Shown: positions 25,101 to 38,400 of the stretch, one piece after another
Position numbering within the stretch: position 1 is the first letter of the stretch
Layout: each line of letters opens with the position of its first letter
Assembly (NCBI GenBank): GCA_964057225.1
Contig: OZ059900.1
Coordinates: forward strand, 24,304,001-24,368,000
Direction of reading: 5' to 3'
Length of the DNA: 64,000 nucleotides
Source: Auanema rhodensis
Taxonomy: Eukaryota > Animalia > Nematoda
Made by a program: the position numbers and the translations under genes
Notes under the pieces: model-generated
The model's database searches: none
Told to the model about the DNA's origin: nothing
Seen by the model: the letters and a program-made list of their open reading frames with translations, nothing else

Positions 25101-27700
25101 TGAAAGTGGAACTAGACGTTGTAGGAACAATTTTGAGCTAGGTTTCATTGACATTGCATGAGTTTGAACACATGAAATCGTAAGTCAAAACCTTGTTTAC
25201 AGCGAAATTTCCAAAAACTGGTTTTCCAGCATAATAAAATATTTCTCATGGGAAATACTGTGTTTTTGTATTTTTATAGTGTTCAGCATGTAAAATGCTT
25301 CATTTTAGTATGTAACACGCTGAAATTCGTTGCATTTGACGACTCATATGAACAAAAATCGATTTAATCAATATTAGCCATAAGGGGCGTGCCCTCAGAA
25401 TATGCTAATTTCCTAAATTTTCTAACCCCTGTTTTTTTGTCGTGAAAGTGGAACTAGACGTTGTACAAACAATTTTGAGCTAGGTTTCATTGACATTGCA
25501 TGAGTTTGAACACATGAAATCGTAAGTCAAAACCTTGTTTACAGCGAAATTTCCAAAAACTGGTTTTCCAGCATAATAAAATATTTCTCATGGGAAATAC
25601 TGTGTTTTTGTATTTTTCTAGTGTTTAGCATGTAAAATACTTCATTTTAGTATGTAACACGCTGAAATTCGTTGCATTTGACGACTCATATGCACAAAAA
25701 TCGATTTAATCTATATTAGCCATAAGGGGCGTGCCCTCAGAATATGCTAATTTCCTTAATTTTCTAACCCCTGTTTTTTTGTCGTGAAAGTGTAACTAGA
25801 CGTTGTACGAACAATTTTGAGCTAGGTTTCATTGACATTGCATGAGTTTGAACACATGAAATCGTAAGTCAAAACCTTGTTTACAGCGAAATTTCCAAAA
25901 ACTGGTTTTCCAGCATAATAAAATATTTCTTATGGGAAATACTGTGTTTTTGTATTTTTCTAGTGTTCAGCATGTAAAATACTTCATTTTAGTATGTAAC
26001 ACGCTGAAATTCGTTGCATTTGACGACTCATATGAACAAAAATCGATTTAATCAATATTAGCCATAAGGGGCGTGCCCTCAGAATATGCTAATTTCCTAA
26101 ATTTTCTAACCCCTGTTTTTTTGTCGTGAAAGTGGAACTAGACGTTGTACGAACAGTTTTGAGCTAGGTTTCATTGACATTGCATGAGTTTGAACACATG
26201 AAATCGTAAGTCAAAACCTTGTTTACAGCGAAATTTCCAAAAACTGGTTTTCCAGCATAATAAAATATTTCTCATGGGAAAAACTGTGTTTTTGTATTTT
26301 TCTAGTGTTCAGCATGTAAAATGCTTCATTTCAGTATGTAACACGCTGAAATTCGTTGCATTTGACGACTCATATGAACAAAAATCGATTTAATCAATAT
26401 TAGCCATAAGGGGCGTGCCCTCAGAATATGCTAATTTCCTTAATTTTCTAACCCCTGTTTTTTTGTCGTGAAAGTGGAACTAGACGTTGTACGAACAGTT
26501 TTGAGCTAGGTTTCATTGACATTGCATGAGTTTGAACACATGAAATCGTAAGTCAAAACCTTGTTTACAGCGAAATTTCCAAAAACTGGTTTTCCAGCAT
26601 AATAAACAATTTCTTATGGGAAATACTGTGTTTTTGTATTTTTCTAGTGTTCAGCATGTAAAATACTTCATTTTAGTATGTAACACGCTGAAATTCGTTG
26701 CATTTGACGACTCATATGAACAAAAATTGATTTAATCAATATTAGCCATAAGGGGCGTGCCCTCAGAATATGCTAATTTCCTAAATTTTCTAACCCCTGT
26801 TTTTTTGTCGTGAAAGTGGAACTAGACGTTGTACAAACAGTTTTGAGCTAGGTTTCATTGACATTGCATGAGTTTGAACACATGAAATCGTAAGTCAAAA
26901 CCTTGTTTACAGCGAAAATTCCAAAAACTGGTTTCCAGTATAATAAAATATTTCTCATGGGAAATACTGTGTTTTTGTATTTTTCTAGTGTTCAGCATGT
27001 AAAATGCTTCATTTAAGTATGTAACACGCTGAAATTCGTTGCATTTGACGACTCATATGAACAAAAATCGATTTAATCAATATTAGCCATAAGGGGCGTG
27101 CCCTCAGAATATGCTAATTTCCTTAATTTTCTAACCCCTGTTTTTTTGTCGTGAAAGTGGAACTAGACGTTGTAGGAACAATTTTGAGCTAGGTTTCATT
27201 GACATTGCATGAGTTTGAACACATGAAATCGTAAGTCAAAACCTTGTTTACAGCGAAATTTCCAAAAACTCGTTTTCCAGCATAATAAAATATTTCTCAT
27301 GGGAAATACTGTGTTTTTGTATTTTTTTAGTGTTCAGCATGTAAAATGCTTCATTTTAGTATGTAACACGCTGAAATTAATTGCATTTGACGACTCATAT
27401 GAACAAAAATCGATTTAATCAATATTAGCCATAAGGGGCGTGCCCTCAGAATATGCTAATTTCCTTAATTTTCTAACCCCTGTTTTTTTGTCGTGAAAGT
27501 GGAACTAGACGTTGTACGAACAATTTTGAGCTAGGTTTCATTGACATTGCATGAGTTTGAACACATGAAATCGTAAGTCAAAACCTTGTTTACAGCGAAC
27601 TTTCCAAAAACTGGTTTTCCAGCATAATAAAATATTTCTCATGGGAAATACTGTGTTTTTGTATTTTTCTAGTGTTCAGCATGTGAAATGCTTCATTTTA
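19142..27700. repeat. Degenerate 9/10-mer higher-order repeat, ~2.5 copies
   Basis: aattgtaag monomers at 19142 and 22217 (9 units apart). aacaggct monomers at 21192 and 24609 (10 units). aattaatt+gaacttt monomers at 24267 and 27343 (9 units). Shared 'ggtttccagtat' deletion variant. Confidence 0.7.
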
Positions 27701-30700
27701 GTATGTAACAGGCTGAAATTCGTTGCATTTGACGACTCATATGAACAAAAATCGATTTAATCAATATTAGCCATAAGGGGCGTGCCCTCAGAATATGCTA
27801 ATTTCCTTAATTTTCTAACCCCTGTTTTGTTGTCGTGAAAGTGGAACTAGACGTTGTAGGAACAATTTTGAGCTAGGTTTCATTGACATTGCATGAGTTT
27901 GAACACATGAAATCGTAAGTCAAAACCTTGTTTACAGCGAACTTTCCAAAAACTGGTTTTCCAGCATAATAAAATATTTCTTATGGGAAATACTGTGTTT
28001 TTGTATTTTTCTAGTGTTCAGCATGTGAAATGCTTCATTTTAGTATGTAACACGCTGAAATTCGTTGCATTTGACGACTCATATGAACAAAAATCGATTT
28101 AATCAATATTAGCCATAAGGGGCGTGCCCTCAGAATATGCTAATTTCCTTAATTTTCTAACCCCTGTTTTGTTGTCGTGAAAGTGGAACTAGACGTTGTA
28201 GGAACAATTTTGAGCTAGGTTTCATTGACATTGCATGAGTTTGAACACATGAAATCGTAAGTCAAAACCTTGTTTACAGCGAACTTTCCAAAAACTGGTT
28301 TTCCAGCATAATAAAATATTTCTCATGGGAAATACTGTGTTTTTGTATTTTTCTAGTGTTCAGCATGTGAAATGCTTCATTTTAGTATGTAACAGGCTGA
28401 AATTCGTTGCATTTGACGACTCATATGAACAAAAATCGATTTAATCAATATTAGCCATAAGGGGCGTGCCCTCAGAATATGCTAATTTCCTTAATTTTCT
28501 AACCCCTGTTTTGTTGTCGTGAAAGTGGAACTAGACGTTGTAGGAACAATTTTGAGCTAGGTTTCATTGACATTGCATGAGTTTGAACACATGAAATCGT
28601 AAGTCAAAACCTTGTTTACAGCGAAATTTCCAAAAACTGGTTTTCCAGCATAATAAAATATTTCTCATGGGAAATACTGTGTTTTTGTATTTTTATAGTG
28701 TTCAGCATGTAAAATGCTTCATTTTAGTATGTAACACGCTGAAATTCGTTGCATTTGACGACTCATATGAACAAAAATCGATTTAATCAATATTAGCCAT
28801 AAGGGGCGTGCCCTCAGAATATGCTAATTTCCTTAATTTTCTAACCCCTGTTTTTTTGTCGTGAAAGTGGAATTAGACGTTGTAGGAACAATTTTGAGCT
28901 AGGTTTCATTGACATTGCATGAGTTTGAACACATGAAATCGTAAGTCAAAACCTTGTTTACAGCGAAATTTCCAAAAACTGGTTTTCCAGCATAATAAAA
29001 TATTTCTCATGGGAAATACTGTGTTTTTGTATTTTTATAGTGTTCAGCATGTAAAATGCTTCATTTAAGTATGTAACACGCTGAAATTCGTTGCATTTGA
29101 CGACTCATATGAACAAAAATCGATTTAATCAATATTAGCCATAAGGGGCGTGCCCTCAGAATATGCTAATTTCCTTAATTTTCTAACCCCTGTTTTTTTG
29201 TCGTGAAAGTGGAACTAGACGTTGTACGAACAATTTTGAGCTAGGTTTCATTGACATTGCATGAGTTTGAACACATGAAATCGTAAGTCAAAACCTTGTT
29301 TACAGCGAACTTTCCAAAAACTGGTTTTCCAGCATAATAAAATATTTCTCATGGGAAATACTGTGTTTTTGTATTTTTCTAGTGTTCAGCATGTGAAATG
29401 CTTCATTTTAGTATGTAACAGGCTGAAATTCGTTGCATTTGACGACTCATATGAACAAAAATCGATTTAATCAATATTAGCCATAAGGGGCGTGCCCTCA
29501 GAATATGCTAATTTCCTTAATTTTCTAACCCCTGTTTTGTTGTCGTGAAAGTGGAACTAGACGTTGTAGGAACAATTTTGAGCTAGGTTTCATTGACATT
29601 GCATGAGTTTGAACACATGAAATCGTAAGTCAAAACCTTGTTTACAGCGAACTTTCCAAAAACTGGTTTTCCAGCATAATAAAATATTTCTTATGGGAAA
29701 TACTGTGTTTTTGTATTTTTCTAGTGTTCAGCATGTGAAATGCTTCATTTTAGTATGTAACACGCTGAAATTCGTTGCATTTGACGACTCATATGAACAA
29801 AAATCGATTTAATCAATATTAGCCATAAGGGGCGTGCCCTCAGAATATGCTAATTTCCTTAATTTTCTAACCCCTGTTTTGTTGTCGTGAAAGTGGAACT
29901 AGACGTTGTAGGAACAATTTTGAGCTAGGTTTCATTGACATTGCATGAGTTTGAACACATGAAATCGTAAGTCAAAACCTTGTTTACAGCGAACTTTCCA
30001 AAAACTGGTTTTCCAGCATAATAAAATATTTCTCATGGGAAATACTGTGTTTTTGTATTTTTCTAGTGTTCAGCATGTGAAATGCTTCATTTTAGTATGT
30101 AACAGGCTGAAATTCGTTGCATTTGACGACTCATATGAACAAAAATCGATTTAATCAATATTAGCCATAAGGGGCGTGCCCTCAGAATATGCTAATTTCC
30201 TTAATTTTCTAACCCCTGTTTTGTTGTCGTGAAAGTGGAACTAGACGTTGTAGGAACAATTTTGAGCTAGGTTTCATTGACATTGCATGAGTTTGAACAC
30301 ATGAAATCGTAAGTCAAAACCTTGTTTACAGCGAAATTTCCAAAAACTGGTTTTCCAGCATAATAAAATATTTCTCATGGGAAATACTGTGTTTTTGTAT
30401 TTTTATAGTGTTCAGCATGTAAAATGCTTCATTTTAGTATGTAACACGCTGAAATTCGTTGCATTTGACGACTCATATGAACAAAAATCGATTTAATCAA
30501 TATTAGCCATAAGGGGCGTGCCCTCAGAATATGCTAATTTCCTTAATTTTCTAACCCCTGTTTTTTTGTCGTGAAAGTGGAATTAGACGTTGTAGGAACA
30601 ATTTTGAGCTAGGTTTCATTGACATTGCATGAGTTTGAACACATGAAATCGTAAGTCAAAACCTTGTTTACAGCGAAACTTCCAAAAACTGGTTTTCCAG
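27500..30700. repeat. 5-mer duplication (period 1710)
   Basis: Monomers at 27685/28027/28369 (aggct, ttttgttg, gaacttt, cttatg patterns) recur at 29395/29737/30079. Confidence 0.8.
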
Positions 30701-32471
30701 CATAATAAAATATTTCTCATGGGAAATACTGTGTTTTTGTATTTTTATGGTGTTCAGCATGTAAAATGCTTCATTTTAGTATGTAACACGCTGAAATTCG
30801 TTGCATTTGACGACTCATATGAACAAAAATCGATTTAATCAATATTAGCCATAAGGGTCGTGCCCTCAGAATATGCTAATTTCCTTAATTTTCTAACCCC
30901 TGTTTTTTGTCGTGAAAGTGGAACTAGACGTTGTAGGAACAATTTTGAGCTAGGTTTCATTGACATTGCATGAGTTTGAACACATGAAATCGTAAGTCAA
31001 AACCTTGTTTACAGCGAAATTTCCAAAAACTGGTTTTCCAGCATAATAAAATATTTCTCATGGGAAATACTGTGTTTTTGTATTTTTATAGTGTTCAGCA
31101 TGTAAAATGCTCCATTTTAGTATGTAACACGCTGAAATTCGTTGCATTTGACGACTCATATGAACAAAAATCGATTTAATCAATATTAGCCATAAGGGGC
31201 GTGCCCTCAGAATATGCTAATTTCCTAAATTTTCTAACCCCTGTTTTTTTGTCGTGAAAGTGGAACTAGACGTTGTACAAACAATTTTGAGCTAGGTTTC
31301 ATTGACATTGCATGAGTTTGAACACATGAAATCGTAAGTCAAAACCTTGTTTACAGCGAAATTTCCAAAAACTGGTTTTCCAGCATAATAAAATATTTCT
31401 CATGGGAAATACTGTGTTTTTGTATTTTTCTAGTGTTTAGCATGTAAAATACTTCATTTTAGTATGTAACACGCTGAAATTCGTTGCATTTGACGACTCA
31501 TATGCACAAAAATCGATTTAATCAATATTAGCCATAAGGGGCGTGCCCTCAGAATATGCTAATTTCCTTAATTTTCTAACCCCTGTTTTTTTGTCGTGAA
31601 AGTGTAACTAGACGTTGTACGAACAATTTTGAGCTAGGTTTCATTGACATTGCATGAGTTTGAACACATGAAATCGTAAGTCAAAACCTTGTTTACAGCG
31701 AAATTTCCAAAAACTGGTTTTCCAGCATAATAAAATATTTCTTATGGGAAATACTGTGTTTTTGTATTTTTCTAGTGTTCAGCATGTAAAATACTTCATT
31801 TTAGTATGTAACACGCTGAAATTCGTTGCATTTGACGACTCATATGAACAAAAATCGATTTAATCAATATTAGCCATAAGGGGCGTGCCCTCAGAATATG
31901 CTAATTTCCTAAATTTTCTAACCCCTGTTTTTTTGTCGTGAAAGTGGAACTAGACGTTGTACGAACAGTTTTGAGCTAGGTTTCATTGACATTGCATGAG
32001 TTTGAACACATGAAATCGTAAGTCAAAACCTTGTTTACAGCGAAATTTCCAAAAACTGGTTTTCCAGCATAATAAAATATTTCTCATGGGAAAAACTGTG
32101 TTTTTGTATTTTTCTAGTGTTCAGCATGTAAAATGCTTCATTTCAGTATGTAACACGCTGAAATTCGTTGCATTTGACGACTCATATGAACAAAAATCGA
32201 TTTAATCAATATTAGCCATAAGGGGCGTGCCCTCAGAATATGCTAATTTCCTTAATTTTCTAACCCCTGTTTTTTTGTCGTGAAAGTGGAACTAGACGTT
32301 GTACGAACAATTTTGAGCTAGGTTTCATTGACATTGCATGAGTTTGAACACATGAAATCGTAAGTCAAAACCTTGTTTACAGCGAAATTTCCAAAAACTG
32401 GTTTTCCAGCATAATAAAATATTTCTCATGGGAAATACTGTGTTTTTGTATTTTTATAGTGTTCAGCATGT

Positions 32472-35400
32472 AAAATGCTTCATTTTAGTATGTAACACGC
32501 TGAAATTCGTTGCATTTGACGACTCATATGAACAAAAATCGATTTAATCAATATTAGCCATAAGGGTCGTGCCCTCAGAATATGCTAATTTCCTTAATTT
32601 TCTAACCCCTGTTTTTTTGTCGTGAAAGTGGAACTAGACGTTGTAGGAACAGTTTTGAGCTAGGTTTCATTGACATTGCATGAGTTTGAACACATGAAAT
32701 CGTAAGTCAAAACCTTGTTTACAGCGAAATTTCCAAAAAGTGGGTTTCCAGCATAATAAAATATTTCTCATGGGAAATACTGTGTTTTTGTATTTTTCTA
32801 GTGTTCAGCATGTAAAATGCTTCATTTTAGTATGTAACACGCTGAAATTCGTTGCATTTGACGACTCATATGAACAAAAATCGATTTAATCAATATTAGC
32901 CATAAGGGGCGTGCCCTCAGAATATGCTAATTTCCTAAATTTTCTAACCCCTGTTTTTTTGTCGTGAAAGTGGAACTAGACGTTGTAGGAACAATTTTGA
33001 GCTAGGTTTCATTGACATTGCATGAGTTTGAACACATGAAATCGTAAGTCAAAACCTTGTTTACAGCGAAATTTCCAAAAACTGGTTTTCCAGCATAATA
33101 AAATATTTCTCATGGGAAATACTGTGTTTTTGTACTTTTCTAGTGTTCAGCATGTAAAATACTTCATTTTAGTATGTAACACGCTGAAATTCGTTGCATT
33201 TGACGACTCATATGAACAAAAATCGATTTAATCAATATTAGCCATAAGGGGCGTGCCCTCAGAATATGCTAATTTCCTAAATTTTCTAACCCCTGTTTTT
33301 TTGTCGTGAAAGTGGAACTAGACGTTGTACGAACAATTTTGAGCTAGGTTTCATTGACATTGCATGAGTTTGAACACATGAAATCGTAAGTCATAACCTT
33401 GTTTACAGCGAAATTTCCAAAAACTGGTTTTCCAGCATAATAAAATATTTCTTATGGGAAATACTGTGTTTTTGTATTTTTCTAGTGTTCAGCATGTAAA
33501 ATACTTCATTTTAGTATGTAACACGCTGAAATTCGTTGCATTTGACGACTCATATGAACAAAAATCGATTTAATCAATATTAGCCATAAGGGGCGTGCCC
33601 TCAGAATATGCTAATTTCCTTAATTTTCTAACCCCTGTTTTTTTGTCGTGAAAGTGTAACTAGACGTTGTACGAACAATTTTGAGCTAGGTTTCATTGAC
33701 ATTGCATGAGTTTGAACACATGAAATCGTAAGTCAAAACCTTGTTTACAGCGGAATTTCCAAAAACTGGTTTTCCAGCATAATAAAATATTTCTTATGGG
33801 AAATACTGTGTTTTTGTATTTTTCTAGTGTTCAGCATGTAAAATACTTCATTTTAGTATGTAACACGCTGAAATTCGTTGCATTTGACGACTCATATGAA
33901 CAAAAATCGATTTAATCAATATTAGCCATAAGGGGCGTGCCCTCAGAATATGCTAATTTCCTAAATTTTCTAACCCCTGTTTTTTTGTCGTGAAAGTGGA
34001 ACTAGACGTTGTACGAACAGTTTTGAGCTAGGTTTCATTGACATTGCATGAGTTTGAACACATGAAATCGTAAGTCAAAACCTTGTTTACAGCGAAATTT
34101 CCAAAAACTGGTTTTCCAGCATAATAAAATATTTCTCATGGGAAAAACTGTGTTTTTGTATTTTTCTAGTGTTCAGCATGTAAAATGCTTCATTTCAGTA
34201 TGTAACACGCTGAAATTCGTTGCATTTGACGACTCATATGAACAAAAATCGATTTAATCAATATTAGCCATAAGGGGCGTGCCCTCAGAATATGCTAATT
34301 TCCTTAATTTTCTAACCCCTGTTTTTTTGTCGTGAAAGTGGAACTAGACGTTGTACGAACAATTTTGAGCTAGGTTTCATTGACATTGCATGAGTTTGAA
34401 CACATGAAATCGTAAGTCAAAACCTTGTTTACATCGAAATTTCCAAAAACTGGTTTTCCAGCATAATAAACAATTTCTTATGGGAAATACTGTGTTTTTG
34501 TATTTTTCTAGTGTTCAGCATGTAAAATACTTCATTTTAGTATGTAACACGCTGAAATTCGTTGCATTTGACGACTCATATGAACAAAAATCGATTTAAT
34601 CAATATTAGCCATAAGGGGCGTGCCCTCAGAATATGCTAATTTCCTAAATTTTCTAACCCCTGTTTTTTTGTCGTGAAAGTGGAACTAGACGTTGTACGA
34701 ACAGTTTTGAGCTAGGTTTCATTGACATTGCATGAGTTTGAACACATGAAATCGTAAGTCAAAACCTTGTTTACAGCGAAATTTCCAAAAACTGGTTTTC
34801 CAGCATAATAAAATATTTCTCATGGGAAATACTGTGTTTTTGTATTTTTATAGTGTTCAGCATGTAAAATGCTTCACTTTAGTATGTAACACGCTGAAAT
34901 TCGTTGCATTTGACGACTCATATGAACAAAAATCGATTTAATCAATATTAGCCATAAGGGTCGTGCCCTCAGAATATGCTTATTTCCTTAATTTTCTAAC
35001 CCCTGTTTTTTTGTCGTGAAAGTGGAACTAGACGTTGTAGGAACAGTTTTGAGCTAGGTTTCATTGACATTGCATGAGTTTGAACACATGAAATCGTAAG
35101 TCAAAACCTTGTTTACAGCGAAATTTCCAAAAAGTGGGTTTCCAGCATAATAAAATATTTCTCATGGGAAATACTGTGTTTTTGTATTTTTCTAGTGTTC
35201 AGCATGTAAAATGCTTCATTTTAGTATGTAACACGCTGAAATTCGTTGCATTTGACGACTCATATGAACAAAAATCGATTTAATCAATATTAGCCATAAG
35301 GGGCGTGCCCTCAGAATATGCTAATTTCCTAAATTTTCTAACCCCTGTTTTTTTGTCGTGAAAGTGGAACTAGACGTTGTAGGAACAATTTTGAGCTAGG

Positions 35401-38400
35401 TTTCATTGACATTGCATGAGTTTGAACACATGAAATCGTAAGTCAAAACCTTGTTTACAGCGAAATTTCCAAAAACTGGTTTTCCAGCATAATAAAATAT
35501 TTCTCATGGGAAATACTGTGTTTTTGTACTTTTCTAGTGTTCAGCATGTAAAATACTTCATTTTAGTATGTAACACGCTGAAATTCGTTGCATTTGACGA
35601 CTCATATGAACAAAAATCGATTTAATCAATATTAGCCATAAGGGGCGTGCCCTCAGAATATGCTAATTTCCTAAATTTTCTAACCCCTGTTTTTTTGTCG
35701 TGAAAGTGGAACTAGACGTTGTACGAACAATTTTGAGCTAGGTTTCATTGACATTGCATGAGTTTGAACACATGAAATCGTAAGTCAAAACCTTGTTTAC
35801 AGCGAAATTTCCAAAAACTCGTTTTCCAGCATAATAAAATATTTCTCATGGGAAAAACTGTGTTTTTGTATTTTTCTAGTGTTCAGCATGTAAAATGCTT
35901 CATTTTAGTATGTAACACGCTGAAATTCGTTGCATTTGACGACTCATATGAACAAAAATCGATTTAATCAATATTAGCCATAAGGGGCGTGCCCTCAGAA
36001 TATGCTAATTTCCTTAATTTTCTAACCCCTGTTTTTTTGTCGTGAAAGTGGAACTAGACGTTGTACGAACAATTTTGAGCTAGGTTTCATTGACATTGCA
36101 TGAGTTTGAACACATGAAATCGTAAGTCAAAACCTTGTTTACAGCGAAATTTCCAAAAACTGGTTTTCCAGCATAATAAAATATTTCTCATGGGAAATAC
36201 TGTGTTTTTGTATTTTTATAGTGTTCAGCATGTAAAATGCTTCATTTTAGTATGTAACACGCTGAAATTCGTTGCATTTGACGACTCATATGAACAAAAA
36301 TCGATTTAATCAATATTAGCCATAAGGGTCGTGCCCTCAGAATATGCTAATTTCCTTAATTTTCTAACCCCTGTTTTTTTGTCGTGAAAGTGGAACTAGA
36401 CGTTGTAGGAACAGTTTTGAGCTAGGTTTCATTGACATTGCATGAGTTTGAACACATGAAATCGTAAGTCAAAACCTTGTTTACAGCGAAATTTCCAAAA
36501 AGTGGGTTTCCAGCATAATAAAATATTTCTCATGGGAAATACTGTGTTTTTGTATTTTTCTAGTGTTCAGCATGTAAAATGCTTCATTTTAGTATGTAAC
36601 ACGCTGAAATTCGTTGCATTTGACGACTCATATGAACAAAAATCGATTTAATCAATATTAGCCATAAGGGGCGTGCCCTCAGAATATGCTAATTTCCTAA
36701 ATTTTCTAACCCCTGTTTTTTTGTCGTGAAAGTGGAACTAGACGTTGTAGGAACAATTTTGAGCTAGGTTTCATTGACATTGCATGAGTTTGAACACATG
36801 AAATCGTAAGTCAAAACCTTGTTTACAGCGAAATTTCCAAAAACTGGTTTTCCAGCATAATAAAATATTTCTCATGGGAAATACTGTGTTTTTGTACTTT
36901 TCTAGTGTTCAGCATGTAAAATACTTCATTTTAGTATGTAACACGCTGAAATTCGTTGCATTTGACGACTCATATGAACAAAAATCGATTTAATCAATAT
37001 TAGCCATAAGGGGCGTGCCCTCAGAATATGCTAATTTCCTAAATTTTCTAACCCCTGTTTTTTTGTCGTGAAAGTGGAACTAGACGTTGTACGAACAATT
37101 TTGAGCTAGGTTTCATTGACATTGCATGAGTTTGAACACATGAAATCGTAAGTCATAACCTTGTTTACAGCGAAATTTCCAAAAACTGGTTTTCCAGCAT
37201 AATAAAATATTTCTTATGGGAAATACTGTGTTTTTGTATTTTTCTAGTGTTCAGCATGTAAAATACTTCATTTTAGTATGTAACACGCTGAAATTCGTTG
37301 CATTTGACGACTCATATGAACAAAAATCGATTTAATCAATATTAGCCATAAGGGGCGTGCCCTCAGAATATGCTAATTTCCTTAATTTTCTAACCCCTGT
37401 TTTTTTGTCGTGAAAGTGTAACTAGACGTTGTACGAACAATTTTGAGCTAGGTTTCATTGACATTGCATGAGTTTGAACACATGAAATCGTAAGTCAAAA
37501 CCTTGTTTACAGCGAAATTTCCAAAAACTGGTTTTCCAGCATAATAAAATATTTCTTATGGGAAATACTGTGTTTTTGTATTTTTCTAGTGTTCAGCATG
37601 TAAAATACTTCATTTTAGTATGTAACACGCTGAAATTCGTTGCATTTGACGACTCATATGAACAAAAATCGATTTAATCAATATTAGCCATAAGGGGCGT
37701 GCCCTCAGAATATGCTAATTTCCTAAATTTTCTAACCCCTGTTTTTTTGTCGTGAAAGTGGAACTAGACGTTGTACGAACAGTTTTGAGCTAGGTTTCAT
37801 TGACATTGCATGAGTTTGAACACATGAAATCGTAAGTCAAAACCTTGTTTACAGCGAAATTTCCAAAAACTGGTTTTCCAGCATAATAAAATATTTCTCA
37901 TGGGAAAAACTGTGTTTTTGTATTTTTCTAGTGTTCAGCATGTAAAATGCTTCATTTCAGTATGTAACACGCTGAAATTCGTTGCATTTGACGACTCATA
38001 TGAACAAAAATCGATTTAATCAATATTAGCCATAAGGGGCGTGCCCTCAGAATATGCTAATTTCCTTAATTTTCTAACCCCTGTTTTTTTGTCGTGAAAG
38101 TGGAACTAGACGTTGTACGAACAATTTTGAGCTAGGTTTCATTGACATTGCATGAGTTTGAACACATGAAATCGTAAGTCAAAACCTTGTTTACATCGAA
38201 ATTTCCAAAAACTGGTTTTCCAGCATAATAAACAATTTCTTATGGGAAATACTGTGTTTTTGTATTTTTCTAGTGTTCAGCATGTAAAATACTTCATTTT
38301 AGTATGTAACACGCTGAAATTCGTTGCATTTGACGACTCATATGAACAAAAATCGATTTAATCAATATTAGCCATAAGGGGCGTGCCCTCAGAATATGCT

